Part shown: one piece after another, positions 26,998 to 40,486 of the stretch
Position numbering within the stretch: position 1 is the stretch's first letter
Layout of the letters: every line of letters starts with the position of its first letter
Source of the DNA: Steroidobacteraceae bacterium
GTDB taxonomy: Bacteria > Pseudomonadota > Gammaproteobacteria > Steroidobacterales > Steroidobacteraceae
Assembly: GCA_049508555.1 (NCBI GenBank)
Contig: JBELAR010000001.1
Span: 1-55,980 of the forward strand
Length of the DNA stretch: 55,980 bases
Reading direction: 5' to 3'
Notes under the pieces: generated by a model
What the model saw: only the letters and a program-made list of their open reading frames with translations
Databases searched by the model: none
Told to the model about the DNA's origin: nothing
Made by a program: the position numbers and the translations under genes

Positions 26998-29676
26998 ATG
27001 ACTACAAAGGAAACCGTGAATAAGCCGCGCGCCGCCGATCCGCCGCTCGATCACACCCCGATGATGCAGCAGTATCTGCGGATCAAGGCGCAGCATCCGG
27101 ACGTATTGCTGTTCTACCGCATGGGGGATTTCTACGAGCTCTTCTACGACGATGCCCGCCGGGCCGCGCAACTGCTCGATATCGCCTTGACCTCGCGCGG
27201 TCAGTCCGCCGGTCTCGACGTCCCCATGGCTGGCGTACCGGTGCATAGCGTCGAGACCTATCTGGCCCGGCTCGTGCGGCGTGGCGAATCCGTCGCGCTG
27301 TGCGAGCAACTGGGCGACCCGGGCAAGACGCGTGGGCCGATGGCCCGCGAAGTGGTCCGCATCGTCACACCCGGTACCGTCACGGACGATGCGCTGCTTG
27401 AGCAGCGGCGCGAGACGCTGCTGGCCGCGCTCTGGCGCGAGGGTGAACGCTTCGGGTTGTCCTGGCTGGAACTCGCCTCCGGGCGATTCATCGTCGCGGA
27501 AATCGGCGATATCACCGAGGTCGAGGCCGAACTCGAGCGGCTGCGCCCCGCGGAACTGCTGCTGGCCGAGAGTCAGGTTCAGGAGTTCGAGGCGTTATTG
27601 ACTCACAAGCCCGTCGTGCGCGCCCGCCCCCCCTGGCACTTCGAGCTCGGCAGCGCCTCGAGACTGCTGACCGATCAGCTCGGAACGTTGGATCTCAAGG
27701 GCTTCGGCGTCGATGAGCTGCCATTGGCGCTGTGCGCCGCGGGCGCGCTGCTGCAGTACGTGCGTGACACGCAGCGCTCGGCGCTGCCGCACATTCGCGC
27801 GCTTCAGATCGAGCAGCGCTCGGAGGCGCTCGCGCTCGACGCCGCGACCCGGCGCAATCTCGAGCTCGATCAGAGCCTCTCGGGCAACGAACAGGCCACG
27901 CTGTTTGCCGTACTCGACTCCACGGTCACAGCCATGGGCTCGCGTGCGCTGCGGCGTGCGCTGGCGCGACCGCTGCGAGCTCAGGGCCTGTTGCGCGAGC
28001 GCTACCATGCGCTCGGCGCGCTGGCCGACTCGCGCCGCTTCGAGACGCTGCGCGAGCGGCTGCGCGGTATCGGGGATCTCGAGCGCGTGCTCGCGCGCGT
28101 GGCGCTGCGCACGGCCCGACCCCGCGATCTGGTGCAGCTGCGCGGCTCGCTGAGCGCCCTGCCCCAGTTGCGTGCCGCGCTCCAGTGCTTCGATTCCCCG
28201 CTGCTCGGCGAGCTGCGAGCGCAACTACAGGAGCATGGCGAGCAGCACGCGCTATTGCTCGTTGCCATTGCCGCTGAGCCGGCCCATGTGCTGCGCGAGG
28301 GCGGTGTCATTGCGCCAGGCTACGACGAGCAACTGGACCAGCTGCGCTCGTTGAGCAGCAACACGGATGAGTTCATGGCCGAACTCGAACGCCGCGAGCG
28401 CGAGCGCAGCGGCATCCCAGGGCTCAAGCTCGGCTATAACCGCGTACAGGGATTCTATATCGAGGTCTCGCGCGCCCACGCCGAGCGCGTGCCGGCCGAC
28501 TATCTACGCCGCCAGACCGTCAAGTCGGCGGAGCGTTTCATCACGCCGGAGCTCAAGAGTTTCGAGGACCAGGTCCTGGGCGCGCGCGAGCGTGCGCTCG
28601 CGCGCGAAAAGGAATTGTATGACTCCGTGCTCACGCAATTGATTGCGGCGCTGGCAGACCTGCAGCGAACGGCCGCAGCCGTCGCCGGGATCGACCAGTT
28701 GGCGGCGTTGGCCGAACGCGCCACGACACTGGGCTGGAATGAACCTACGCTCGTCGGCGAGCCGCGCCTGTACATCGAGGGGGGTCGCCACCCAGTCGTC
28801 GAGCGCTTCCTGCAAACACCGTTTGTCGCCAACGACCTGTCGCTGCACGAAAGCCGGCGGATGCTGATCATCACGGGTCCGAACATGGGCGGCAAATCCA
28901 CCTACATGCGCCAGGTAGCGCTGATCGTGGTACTCGCGCACCTGGGCAGCTTCGTGCCGGCCTTGCGAGCCGAGATCGGGCCGATCGACCGCATCTTCAC
29001 GCGCATCGGAGCGGCCGACGATCTGGCTTCGGGGCGCTCGACGTTCATGGTCGAGATGACCGAGACCGCCAACATCCTGCACAATGCGACCGAGCGCAGC
29101 CTCGTGCTCATGGACGAGATGGGACGAGGCACCAGCACCTTCGACGGTCTGGCGCTGGCGCGCAGCGTTGCCGAGCACATCGCCACGCGAGTGCGCGCCT
29201 TCACCCTGTTCGCCACGCACTACTTCGAGCTCACCGCGCTTGCCGCTCAGATTGAAGGCTGCGCCAACGTGCATCTGGACGCAACCGAGCACGGCGAGTC
29301 ACTGGTATTCCTGCATGCCGTCAAGGACGGTCCGGCCAACCGCAGCTACGGCCTGCAGGTCGCGCAGCTGGCGGGCGTGCCCCGCGAGATCATTGCCGCT
29401 GCACGCCGCACGCTGCAGCAACTCGAGGCTCACAGTGCTCTGAATGCGGGCCGGGATGCGCGCTCCACGCAGGCCGAACTGCCGCTGGCGCCGCCCGCGC
29501 CAAACCCGCCCGATCCGATGCTTGCGCGCCTCGCCGCACTGGACCCCGACGCGCTGACGCCGCGCGCGGCGCTGGAGCTGCTCTACGAATGGCGGCGCAT
29601 CGCGCTGCGCGAGGCGCCTCACTCCAGCTTCAATTCCATACGCACTGAATCTCCGGCCGCGCTGCCCGAGTCCTGA
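26998..29676 (+). CDS. mutS: DNA mismatch repair protein MutS
   Basis: '[34 protein letters not shown]', Walker A '[13 protein letters not shown]', '[13 protein letters not shown]'. Confidence 0.98.
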   Translation: MTTKETVNKPRAADPPLDHTPMMQQYLRIKAQHPDVLLFYRMGDFYELFYDDARRAAQLLDIALTSRGQSAGLDVPMAGVPVHSVETYLARLVRRGESVALCEQLGDPGKTRGPMAREVVRIVTPGTVTDDALLEQRRETLLAALWREGERFGLSWLELASGRFIVAEIGDITEVEAELERLRPAELLLAESQVQEFEALLTHKPVVRARPPWHFELGSASRLLTDQLGTLDLKGFGVDELPLALCAAGALLQYVRDTQRSALPHIRALQIEQRSEALALDAATRRNLELDQSLSGNEQATLFAVLDSTVTAMGSRALRRALARPLRAQGLLRERYHALGALADSRRFETLRERLRGIGDLERVLARVALRTARPRDLVQLRGSLSALPQLRAALQCFDSPLLGELRAQLQEHGEQHALLLVAIAAEPAHVLREGGVIAPGYDEQLDQLRSLSSNTDEFMAELERRERERSGIPGLKLGYNRVQGFYIEVSRAHAERVPADYLRRQTVKSAERFITPELKSFEDQVLGARERALAREKELYDSVLTQLIAALADLQRTAAAVAGIDQLAALAERATTLGWNEPTLVGEPRLYIEGGRHPVVERFLQTPFVANDLSLHESRRMLIITGPNMGGKSTYMRQVALIVVLAHLGSFVPALRAEIGPIDRIFTRIGAADDLASGRSTFMVEMTETANILHNATERSLVLMDEMGRGTSTFDGLALARSVAEHIATRVRAFTLFATHYFELTALAAQIEGCANVHLDATEHGESLVFLHAVKDGPANRSYGLQVAQLAGVPREIIAAARRTLQQLEAHSALNAGRDARSTQAELPLAPPAPNPPDPMLARLAALDPDALTPRAALELLYEWRRIALREAPHSSFNSIRTESPAALPES

Positions 29677-32600
29677 TTGACGAGGAATACACGCTCCGGC
29701 TTCAGTTCCGGGTTGGCGAGTACCGCGCTCTGCGCCGCCTTGGCGCGTGCCTGAGCGAGTTCATCGCGCTGCGCGCTGCTCGGCGCGAATTGCGGCAGCA
29801 GCTGCTCCTCCAGCCATGCGCTTCGACCCGCGTCCGGATCGGCCGCGCTGCTGATCTCGTCCGGGTACTTGGGCTCATCCTGGAACTGCGCACGGTAGAG
29901 AGCGCTCAGCGCCGCCACCCGCGCCCCCGCCGCCGAAACGGCCGTCCCCTTGGCCGCGGCCGCGCGCGGCCGCGCTGTGTGTGCCGGCGCGGCGGGCGCG
30001 GCGAGTAGCGCCTGTTCGAGGGCCGCATGCTCGAGCGCCGCGTCGTCGGCGTCATTGAGTGTGTGCAAGGGTATGTCCAGCTTGAGCTGCGGACGTTCGG
30101 TCAGCGCGCGGGCCAGTTGCGTGAGTTGCTGTGTCTGCGTCGGCCCGAGCGTGGCCTCACCCGCGGGGAAATCGATGTACGAGAGCTCCTGATCGCCGCC
30201 AAATAACGAGCCGAGCAGTGCGAACGGCGCGGTCGCAATCTTGGTGATCAGCCCGACGACCAGCTTCCAGATGATCGGACCGATGCGAAATGTCGGATCA
30301 TCCAGGCTGCCTCCGACCGGCAGATCCAGATTGATGACGCCGTTGCGGTCCTTGAGCAGCGAGGCGGCCAGCTTGATCGGCAATGGCACGGCCTGCTTGC
30401 TCTCGGTCGCATCGCCAAACTCGAGCTGATCGATCTCCACATGATGCTTGGCGTCGAGCTTGCGGTCCTCGACGTGGTAATGCATGTCGGTGCTGAGTTT
30501 GCCTTGCGAGATGTTGTAACCGGCGAACTTGCCCGAATAGGGGTTGAAGGTGGTGAGCTCGATGTTGGCGAAGCTCATGGTGATATCGGTGTAGGTCGCC
30601 GCCGAGAGCACGTTGAGCTCACCCTTGATCGACACCGGCGCGTAGCGATCTACGCTGCCTTGGAGATCCACGCTCGCGCGCGATGCCGGATCGGTCGACA
30701 AGCCCGCGATCGAGCCGTGCAGAGCATTGATTGCCGCGGAGAAGGTGGGCGTCACGGAATGATCGGTGAAATCGGCCACGCCATCCCGGATGTCGATGCG
30801 ATCGATGCGCGTCGGCATCGGTTGTGCCGCGGCCGGGACCGGCGCCGTGGCCACTTTTGCAGCCGGATGGCGCGCCGTGGCCCCAGTCGCACCGCCGCGT
30901 GCTGGCGCCGCCGCCGCCGCCGCGCTCGCACTCGCACTCGCACCCGCACCCGCACTCGCACTCGCACTCGCACCGCCGGGCTGCAACGCAGCGGTCACGT
31001 TCAGACCACCCTTGGCCGCGATGACTACGCGGGCGTAGGGCTCACGCACCTCGATGCGCGCGATGCTGAGTCTGTCGGGAGCAAGCTGGTAGCGCAGACC
31101 CTCGATGTGGAGGGATCGCCAGCTCAACAGATCTTCATTCATCGTATTGTCGCGCGTGGCGAGGTTGGTGACGTCGACTGCCAGGTTCAGCGCGAGCTGC
31201 GGCTCCCCGCGCGCGGGACTGCCGCTGTAGGCGACGTGGCCCTTGACCCCAAGCCGCCCACGGTAGAGAGCGATGGCGGTAGCCTGCGAGAGGTAGGGCT
31301 GCAGAGGCGGCAGATCGAATTCGCTGAGCTCCAGGTCGAGCGCGGCGCTCAGCGGCGAGAGGCTCAACGTACCGTGAGTCTGCAGCCGGCCTTCATCACC
31401 GATGCCCATCTGCAGTGTGAAGTTCAACGGCGTGGCAGCCGTGCTCGAAAAATTCTGCACCGTGAGCCCGATGGACTGCAGGTTCAACTTCACCACCGGA
31501 TCGCTGGCTCGGTCCTCCGCCTCGACGCTTGCATCCTCGACCTCGAGCCGATCCAGTGTCACGGCCCAGGGCGGTGCCGCAGCTCCTGAAGCGCTGGTAC
31601 TCACCGGCGCACTGGCCGCGTCCCTGCTGCTCAGCACCGGTGCGGGCGATGCCACAGCCGGTTGCGCCGTCTGAGGACCGGCAACCAATCGTTGCAGGTT
31701 CAGGCTCCCGTCGGCCGCACGCCAGAGGCGCAGCGCCGCGTGCTGCAGCTTGATCTGACCGATTGCGACGCGGCGCTGTTCGAGCACGACCGCGGTGTTG
31801 TCGAAATCCAGCTCCGGCAGTGTGATCCACGGGGCTTCCACGCTCGCCGCCGGCGCGATCGAGAGCGCGTGAATCTTGATGCTGGGCAGTGTCAATGAGA
31901 GGCCTGCCGGTGTCGAGGCGACGAAGCGATAGTTGCCCTGCACGTCGAGGCTGCCGCTCGTGAGCGCAAAAGGAATCGTGTTCTGCAGATAGGCCGCGAT
32001 CGTGGCGGCCTTCAGGCCGGCGATCGCGAACTGTCCGCTTGATCCCAAAGGCTGCAGCGAGAATTCGCCGGACCAGTCCAGGCGCTCCCCGGCGCTGGTT
32101 GCGGCACTGAAGCGGTACTTATTCTCGAATTTCACGGCCGTACGAAAGTCGGTCAAATCGAACTCGATCGGGCTGAGCGTCGCTGCGAATGGCTCGCTGC
32201 GACTGCGATCCTCGAATTGCACATGACCGCCATGGACGCCCAGCGCCTTCACGCGCAGCGCCGGCAGGCCGGGCGAGGACGGCTGCGGTCCGGGCTTCGC
32301 CGGGGGTGCGAGCTTGACGAGGTTCAAGCTGCCGTCGCGCTCGATGCGGGCATAGACGAGCGGCCCATCCAGCCGCACCTCGCTGAGTGTCCAGGCCCGA
32401 TCGAACAGCGATGCGCTCAGCGACGCGCTGACGCGCAGCAGGTCGAAACTCGCGATCGGACGATCATCGGCCTCGCTCAGCGCGAAGCGGTGAACCTCGA
32501 GCGTGAAGGTGTATGGGTTGAATTGCAGCGCACCGATCGACACGTGCCGCCGCAGCGTGCCCTGCACGTAATCCACCACCGCCGAGCGCGCCAGCCGCGG

Positions 32601-32726
32601 CACGAGCACGAAGCCGGCCAGTGTATAGAGCAGCAGCAGCGCGGCCGCCGCAGCGAGCGAGCGTGCGTGCGCGCGCGCCCACGATGCGAGCGCTGCGCCC
32701 CTCGATTCAGCGTCTGAAGCGTCCAT
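29619..32726 (-). CDS. DUF748 domain-containing large membrane-anchored protein (AsmA-like)
   Basis: ATG at 32726. N-terminal anchor '[18 protein letters not shown]' plus '[29 protein letters not shown]', typical of DUF748. Long beta-rich body. Assignment is from memory. Confidence 0.7.
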   Translation of the reverse strand: MDASDAESRGAALASWARAHARSLAAAAALLLLYTLAGFVLVPRLARSAVVDYVQGTLRRHVSIGALQFNPYTFTLEVHRFALSEADDRPIASFDLLRVSASLSASLFDRAWTLSEVRLDGPLVYARIERDGSLNLVKLAPPAKPGPQPSSPGLPALRVKALGVHGGHVQFEDRSRSEPFAATLSPIEFDLTDFRTAVKFENKYRFSAATSAGERLDWSGEFSLQPLGSSGQFAIAGLKAATIAAYLQNTIPFALTSGSLDVQGNYRFVASTPAGLSLTLPSIKIHALSIAPAASVEAPWITLPELDFDNTAVVLEQRRVAIGQIKLQHAALRLWRAADGSLNLQRLVAGPQTAQPAVASPAPVLSSRDAASAPVSTSASGAAAPPWAVTLDRLEVEDASVEAEDRASDPVVKLNLQSIGLTVQNFSSTAATPLNFTLQMGIGDEGRLQTHGTLSLSPLSAALDLELSEFDLPPLQPYLSQATAIALYRGRLGVKGHVAYSGSPARGEPQLALNLAVDVTNLATRDNTMNEDLLSWRSLHIEGLRYQLAPDRLSIARIEVREPYARVVIAAKGGLNVTAALQPGGASASASAGAGASASASAAAAAAPARGGATGATARHPAAKVATAPVPAAAQPMPTRIDRIDIRDGVADFTDHSVTPTFSAAINALHGSIAGLSTDPASRASVDLQGSVDRYAPVSIKGELNVLSAATYTDITMSFANIELTTFNPYSGKFAGYNISQGKLSTDMHYHVEDRKLDAKHHVEIDQLEFGDATESKQAVPLPIKLAASLLKDRNGVINLDLPVGGSLDDPTFRIGPIIWKLVVGLITKIATAPFALLGSLFGGDQELSYIDFPAGEATLGPTQTQQLTQLARALTERPQLKLDIPLHTLNDADDAALEHAALEQALLAAPAAPAHTARPRAAAAKGTAVSAAGARVAALSALYRAQFQDEPKYPDEISSAADPDAGRSAWLEEQLLPQFAPSSAQRDELAQARAKAAQSAVLANPELKPERVFLVNQDSGSAAGDSVRMELKLE
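30925..30972. repeat. hexanucleotide tandem repeat (8 units, 3-2-3 pattern) inside the DUF748 gene
   Basis: ctcgca x3, cccgca x2, ctcgca x3, preceded by a (gcc)n run at 30906-30923. It encodes '[22 protein letters not shown]'. Confidence 0.9.
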
Positions 32727-33345
32727 GTTCGAGGAAACTCCCTGTTTCGCGCGCGACTCGGGCCGACAGCACCAGGCCCGCATGATTCACGGGCACCGCC
32801 GTCCAATCGGCTGCGCCCTCGAGCCGCGTCTCCGAGACGGCGACCACGCCATCGTTCGCCTCGCCGAATGTTACCAGCAGGCGGGCAAGTCCCAGCGACA
32901 AACTGCCGGCAATGATGCCCAGCTCGCGGCCGAAGTCCCAACGTCGCGAACGCTCGAGCAGCAATTCCTCAGCCACGGCCCGTCCCAGTACGCGGCGCCC
33001 CCAGGCCCAGGAGCCGAGGCGACGCGCGGCACGCGAGCCCGCCGATGGCGTTCCCATGAACACGACGCGGCCGGGTTGCGCCATGGGGTAGCGCTCCAGG
33101 CAGCGCAGGATCACGAGACCCCCGAGACTGTGTCCCAGCAGATGCACTTGCGGCGCCTCGATGCGCACCAGCAGCGCCTGCAGCCGCGCCGCGATCTGTG
33201 CCATGTCCTCGTGCACCGAGTCGTAATGAAACACGCAGAGGCGAAAGCCGCACTGGGCTGCCAGTCGCCGGCGCAGGAGCGCCGACTCGTGCCCGGGCAT
33301 CCACAACCCGTGCACGTACACTGCGGCGGCGGCGTTCCCGCTCAA
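32707..33345 (-). CDS. alpha/beta-fold hydrolase (esterase/lipase-like)
   Basis: Nucleophile elbow 'LLGHSLGG'. 212 aa. Its end overlaps the DUF748 start by 20 nt. Confidence 0.75.
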   Translation of the reverse strand: MSGNAAAAVYVHGLWMPGHESALLRRRLAAQCGFRLCVFHYDSVHEDMAQIAARLQALLVRIEAPQVHLLGHSLGGLVILRCLERYPMAQPGRVVFMGTPSAGSRAARRLGSWAWGRRVLGRAVAEELLLERSRRWDFGRELGIIAGSLSLGLARLLVTFGEANDGVVAVSETRLEGAADWTAVPVNHAGLVLSARVARETGSFLEHGRFRR

Positions 33346-33372
33346 GCTCGGCGGGCTCCTACGACCTGCTGC

Positions 33373-35151
33373 TCAAGGGCTCGATTGGGGCGGCGTGCGT
33401 ACGCGGATGTGCAGCTCGCGCAACTGCGCCTCGGCTATCTCGCTGGGCGCGTCGGTCAGCAGATCGGCCGCCGATTGCGTCTTGGGGAAGGCGATGACGT
33501 CGCGGATGGTATCGGCGCCGGCCATGAGCATCGCGAGCCGGTCGAGGCCAAAGGCGATGCCGCCATGCGGCGGACAGCCGTAGCGCAATGCATCGAGCAG
33601 AAATCCGAACTTGAGTCGGGCCTCCTCGGCAGCGATGCCCAGCAGCGTGAACACGGCCGATTGCATCTCCTCGTGGAATATGCGCACCGAGCCGCCTCCG
33701 ACCTCCGAGCCATTGAGCACCACGTCGTAGGCACGCGCCAGCGCCTGGCCCGGGGCCGCGCGCAGCGCAGCCGGCTCATCGCTCTGCGGCGACGTGAACG
33801 GATGGTGCATCGCCGCCCAGCGCCCGGCTGTCGCATCCCATTCAAACATCGGAAAGTCAACGACCCATAACGGCCGCCAACCCGGCGTCACGAGTCCGCG
33901 GTCCTGCGCGACCTTGAGACGCAAGGCGCCGAGCGCATCGCTGACGATCTTGGCCAGATCGGCGCCGAAGAACAGCAGATCATTGTCGCGCGCACCGCTG
34001 CGCTCGAGAATGCCCTGCAGCGCCACGTCGTCGAGGAATTTCACGATCGGGGATTGCAGGCCGTCGCGGCCGCGAGCGCGTTCGTTGACCTTGATATAGG
34101 CCAGACCCTTGGCGCCGTAACGGGCGACATAGGCGGTGTAATCGTCGATTTCCTTGCGCGTCAGCGAGCCGCCGTCGGGCACGCGCAGCAGCGCGACACG
34201 GCCGTCGGCGGCCTGTGCCGGGGCCGCAAACACCTTGAAGTCGCAGTGACGCACGAGGTCGGCGATATCGACTAGCTCCAGATTCACGCGCAGATCCGGT
34301 TTATCCGAGCCATAACGGCGCATGGCCTCCTGATAGCTCAGGCGCGGAAAGGGCTTGGGCAGCTGCACGCCGAGTACCTCGAGAAACAGCGTGTGCACGA
34401 GCTCTTCCATGAGCTGCATGATCTGCTCCTGCGTCATGAACGAGGTCTCGACGTCGAGCTGGGTGAACTCGGGCTGCCGGTCCGCGCGCAGGTCCTCATC
34501 GCGAAAGCAGCGCACGATCTGATAGTAGCGATCCATGCCGGCCATCATCAGCAGTTGCTTGAATAGCTGCGGCGATTGTGGAAGCGCAAAGAACTTGCCG
34601 GGATGAGTGCGGCTCGGCACCAGATAGTCGCGCGCGCCCTCGGGCGTGGCCTTGGTCAGCATCGGCGTCTCGATGTCGATGAATCCGCGCGCATCCAGGA
34701 AGGCGCGCAGCGAGCGCGTGATGCGATGGCGCAAGCGCAGCCGCTGCGTCATGATCTCGCGCCGCAGATCCAGATAGCGATAGCGCAGGCGCACTTCCTC
34801 GTTCACGCTCTCATCGAGCTGGAAGGGCAGCGGCTCGGCGCGGTTCAGCAACTCCAGCTCGCCAGCTACGATCTCGACCTTGCCGGAGGCGAGGTTGGCG
34901 TTGACGGTGCCGGCCGGTCGCTCACGCACCAGACCGCGCGCGCGCACTACGAATTCGTTGCGCAGCTTCTCGGCCCGCTCGAACAGGCCCTGCGGCTCGG
35001 GATTGAACACGATCTGCACCAGACCCTCGCGGTCGCGCAGATCGACGAAGATCACGCCGCCGTGATCACGCCGCCGATGCACCCAGCCGGCAACGCTCAC
35101 GTGCTGCCCGACCAGCCGCTCGTCGATCTGTCCGCAATAGTGAGTGCGCAT
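33373..35151 (-). CDS. aspS: aspartate--tRNA ligase
   Basis: 'MRTHYCGQI...[24 protein letters not shown]', '[25 protein letters not shown]', '[10 protein letters not shown]'. Confidence 0.98.
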   Translation of the reverse strand: MRTHYCGQIDERLVGQHVSVAGWVHRRRDHGGVIFVDLRDREGLVQIVFNPEPQGLFERAEKLRNEFVVRARGLVRERPAGTVNANLASGKVEIVAGELELLNRAEPLPFQLDESVNEEVRLRYRYLDLRREIMTQRLRLRHRITRSLRAFLDARGFIDIETPMLTKATPEGARDYLVPSRTHPGKFFALPQSPQLFKQLLMMAGMDRYYQIVRCFRDEDLRADRQPEFTQLDVETSFMTQEQIMQLMEELVHTLFLEVLGVQLPKPFPRLSYQEAMRRYGSDKPDLRVNLELVDIADLVRHCDFKVFAAPAQAADGRVALLRVPDGGSLTRKEIDDYTAYVARYGAKGLAYIKVNERARGRDGLQSPIVKFLDDVALQGILERSGARDNDLLFFGADLAKIVSDALGALRLKVAQDRGLVTPGWRPLWVVDFPMFEWDATAGRWAAMHHPFTSPQSDEPAALRAAPGQALARAYDVVLNGSEVGGGSVRIFHEEMQSAVFTLLGIAAEEARLKFGFLLDALRYGCPPHGGIAFGLDRLAMLMAGADTIRDVIAFPKTQSAADLLTDAPSEIAEAQLRELHIRVRTPPQSSP

Positions 35152-35202
35152 ACGCTGGAAGCCTGTGCAAAAAAGGGGCCGGAGCCGAAAGCGGCGCGAA
35201 TG

Positions 35203-35829
35203 TTAGGGCGCGGGCGCGGCGGGCACAACCACGCCGAGAGTCACGATCATCTTCATGGCCGCATCGACGCTCATGTCCAGCTCGATCGCCTCGGAGCGCG
35301 GCAGCAGCACGATGAAGCCCGAAGTCGGATTCGGTGTCGTGGGGATGAAAACGCAGATCTGCGGCTCGGGGCCCTGCACCGCCGACAACCGCACGTCCGA
35401 GGCGGACTGAAAGCCGATGCTCCAGAGGCCCGCCCGCGGATACTGGATCAGCAGGACTTTCTTGAAGGAATTGCCCGAGTTCGACAGGATCGTACTCGAG
35501 AAGCTCTTGACGCCTCCGTAGACCACACGCACGAAGGGGATGCGGTTGAGCAGCTCCTCCCACGCGCGCACCAGGCTGCGGCCGATGATGTTCGTGACCA
35601 GCAGTCCGGTGGCGAGCAGTATCAGCACCGCGAGTACGGCGCCGAGCCCCGGGATATGCACGCCGAGCAGCGCCTCCGGCTGCAGCGAGCTCGGCAGCAC
35701 CAGCAGCGTCTCATCCAGCAGGTTCAGGATGAAGCGTACGACCAGGACCGTGGCAACGATGGGAATCCAGACCAGCAGGCCCGCGACCAGATAGCGGCGC
35801 ACGATCAGCTTGGCGAGCTCACCGGTCAA
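35203..35829 (-). CDS. DUF502 domain-containing membrane protein
   Basis: 'RRYLVAGLLVWIPIVATVLVVRFILNLLD' and 'IPFVRVVYGGVKSF' fit DUF502. The TTG start forms a TTGA overlap with the upstream stop. Confidence 0.75.
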   Translation of the reverse strand: MTGELAKLIVRRYLVAGLLVWIPIVATVLVVRFILNLLDETLLVLPSSLQPEALLGVHIPGLGAVLAVLILLATGLLVTNIIGRSLVRAWEELLNRIPFVRVVYGGVKSFSSTILSNSGNSFKKVLLIQYPRAGLWSIGFQSASDVRLSAVQGPEPQICVFIPTTPNPTSGFIVLLPRSEAIELDMSVDAAMKMIVTLGVVVPAAPAP

Positions 35830-36359
35830 CGGCCGCCCCGGCCCCTGGCGCCTTTCGCGCGGGCCCTGCTCGGGCTGCGCGTGGCTGCAGCGCGCGGGAC
35901 TGCCGGGCGCTTGCCGGCCAGCTTCGGGGTAGCGGCGCCCTTGCTCGCACGAGCGCCCTTGGAAGCGGCTGGGGCCGGCTTCGTCTTGGCGGGCACAGAG
36001 CGGCCGCTCTGGCGGTTCTTCTCAGCCGCCGGCTCCGACTTCTGCGCGCTGGACTCACTCTTGGGTGCAGCCGGGGTTTCGGCTTTGGCGTCCTGGCCGG
36101 CGGCGGCTTTATCGGCCGCCGGTGCGGCTGGCGGCGGCTCGGGCTCGCTGCCGGCAAGGTTGCGCTTCTGCTCCTGATCCGATTTGAAATCCGTCTCGTA
36201 CCAGCCTGATCCCTTGAGCCGGAACACGGGCGCGGAGATCAGCTTCTTGAGCGTGTTCTTGCCGCAGGAGGGGCACTTCGTGAGCCGGGCGTCGCGGAGC
36301 CTCTGCATGACCTCGACGTAGTAGCGGCAATTGCTGCATTCGTATTCGTAAAACGGCAT
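35826..36359 (-). CDS. FmdB-family zinc-ribbon protein with long Ala/Lys/Pro-rich tail
   Basis: 'MPFYEYECSNCRYYVEVMQRLRDARLTKCPSCG' is the CxxC...CxxC ribbon, with 'GSGWYETDFK'. Residues from about 70 to 177 are low-complexity and basic. Confidence 0.85.
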   Translation of the reverse strand: MPFYEYECSNCRYYVEVMQRLRDARLTKCPSCGKNTLKKLISAPVFRLKGSGWYETDFKSDQEQKRNLAGSEPEPPPAAPAADKAAAGQDAKAETPAAPKSESSAQKSEPAAEKNRQSGRSVPAKTKPAPAASKGARASKGAATPKLAGKRPAVPRAAATRSPSRARAKGARGRGGR

Positions 36360-36395
36360 GGTTTAGGCTGTGAGAAAGAGTGATGACCGCTGCGA

Positions 36396-36920
36396 TTATA
36401 GACGCCCATCGACGCAGTCGTAGCGCAGCACGGAGCGCAGTGGCAGTGCGCCGCAGTGAAACTCCCCGAAAAGCCTCAGATCGATCAGGGCAGCCAGACC
36501 CGCAACCTCGTAGCCCGCCAGCGCGCACAGCTGTGCGGCCGCCGCCATGGTGCCCCCGGTCGCGAGTACGTCATCGATCAGCAGCACACGGCCGTGACCG
36601 CGCTGCATTTCGAGCACACCGCTGCCGTACTCGAGGGCATAGGGCGCCGCCACAACCGGTGGCGGCAGCTTGCCTTGCTTGCGGATCGGGACAAAACCCT
36701 TGCCGCGCCGGGCGGCCAGTCCCGCGGCTAGGATGAACCCGCGTGACTCGATGCCCGCCAGTGCGTCCACGTCACGCCACTCGCGCTCCTCGAACAGCGC
36801 CTCGAGCGTATCGAGCGTCGCATTGAAGTGCGTGCGCAGCAGCGGCGTGATGTCGCGAAACAGGATGCCCGGGCGCGGAAAATCCGGCACATCGACTATG
36901 TGGCGCTTGAGGTCGAACAT
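36396..36920 (-). CDS. apt: adenine phosphoribosyltransferase
   Basis: 'VPDFPRPGILFRDITPLL', 'GIESRGF', and PRPP motif 'VLLIDDVLATGGT'. Confidence 0.96.
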   Translation of the reverse strand: MFDLKRHIVDVPDFPRPGILFRDITPLLRTHFNATLDTLEALFEEREWRDVDALAGIESRGFILAAGLAARRGKGFVPIRKQGKLPPPVVAAPYALEYGSGVLEMQRGHGRVLLIDDVLATGGTMAAAAQLCALAGYEVAGLAALIDLRLFGEFHCGALPLRSVLRYDCVDGRL

Positions 36921-36991
36921 GATCCCTCCCGCGCCAAGCTTAGCCGCTTCTGGCGCCGATTGCGGCCCCGGCGGCCTTTTCGCCGCGTGCT

Positions 36992-39601
<2,610 letters not shown>

Positions 39602-39627
39602 GGGCGTGGGTCCTTGGCAGCGCCTCT

Positions 39628-40479
39628 TCAGGCGTCTGAATGCATTGATTTCTCCCCGGTTCCTGGGGGTTCGGGAGGCGAATTCAAGCCACTCGGGCGT
39701 CCCGCGCGGCCGGGTGCGCTGCCATATTGCGTCGCGGAGCGCTCGAGCCAGATCAGGGCTGCCATGCGCCCGGTCACGCCGTCGCGGCGGTAAGAGTAGA
39801 AGCGTCGCGGCTGCGCGTAGCTACAGCTCGTATCGGCATGCACCCATTGCACGCCGAGCGCTGCCAACCGTGCCCTGGCGAGGGCCTGCAGGTCGCATTG
39901 CCAGCGTCCGCGCGCATTGCTCGAGAAGGCGCTGCGGGACGCCGCATCGTGCGCCAGGAAAGCCGCGCGCACCTCCTCGCCGACCTCGAAATGCGAGGGC
40001 CCGATCGAGGGTCCGAGCCAGGCGTGCAGGGGCTGCCTCGTATCCAGTGCGGCCACGGTTGCCTCGAGCACCCCGGCGGCGAGGCCCCGCCAGCCGGCAT
40101 GGGCGATCCCGACCGCGCCGCCGTCCTGGCTCGCGAACAGCACCGGCAGGCAATCGGCGACCAGCACCGCGAGCACCGTCCCGGGCTCCCGGGTCAGTGC
40201 CGCATCGGCCCGCGGGACGGTGGCGGCTGGCTCGAGCCGATCCGCGTCGACGACGCCGGTGCCATGGACCTGCTCGAGCCATAACGGCGAGCGCGGCAGC
40301 GCCAGCGCCTCGCATAGGCGCCGCCGGTTCTCGGCCACCGCGGCATCGTTGTCCCCGACATGCGCCGCCAGATTGAATGATTCATACGGCGCCAGACTGA
40401 CCCCACCATGGCGCAGCGTGAACACCGCGTGCACGCCGGCCGGTGCGCTCCAGTGGGCTCTCTGGTATGGAGGGCTCAT
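39628..40479 (-). CDS. pgeF: purine nucleoside phosphorylase/laccase-domain protein YfiH (PgeF)
   Basis: ATG at 40479, 7 nt after the rluD stop. '[36 protein letters not shown]', 'CLPVLF', 'HAGWRG', '[19 protein letters not shown]'. The rluD-pgeF-clpB order is conserved. Confidence 0.9.
   Translation of the reverse strand: MSPPYQRAHWSAPAGVHAVFTLRHGGVSLAPYESFNLAAHVGDNDAAVAENRRRLCEALALPRSPLWLEQVHGTGVVDADRLEPAATVPRADAALTREPGTVLAVLVADCLPVLFASQDGGAVGIAHAGWRGLAAGVLEATVAALDTRQPLHAWLGPSIGPSHFEVGEEVRAAFLAHDAASRSAFSSNARGRWQCDLQALARARLAALGVQWVHADTSCSYAQPRRFYSYRRDGVTGRMAALIWLERSATQYGSAPGRAGRPSGLNSPPEPPGTGEKSMHSDA
39661..39688 (-). promoter_or_regulatory. candidate sigma32 (heat-shock) promoter of clpB
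   Basis: The minus strand reads CTTGAA (39688-39683), 14 nt, CCCCAGGA (39668-39661). Consensus is CTTGAA-N13-15-CCCCATnT. It lies about 55 nt upstream of the clpB ATG. Confidence 0.4.
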
Positions 40480-40486
40480 GCCGCCA

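Noticed and set aside
30925-30972. Tandem hexamers considered as a possible CRISPR or mini-array.
   Set aside because: The units are 6 nt with no spacers, lie inside a coding region, and stay in frame. This is a coding microsatellite, not CRISPR.
34576-36177. 533-aa plus-strand ORF, and many similar ORFs such as 191..778, 30441..31589, 43877..45226, 44004..45023 and 53291..54673.
   Set aside because: They lie antisense to, or out of frame with, strongly supported genes (aspS, DUF502, FmdB, nadE, sucD, pilB). Their composition is Arg/Ala/Pro/Gly-rich with no motifs. These are the typical stop-poor shadow frames of GC-rich DNA.
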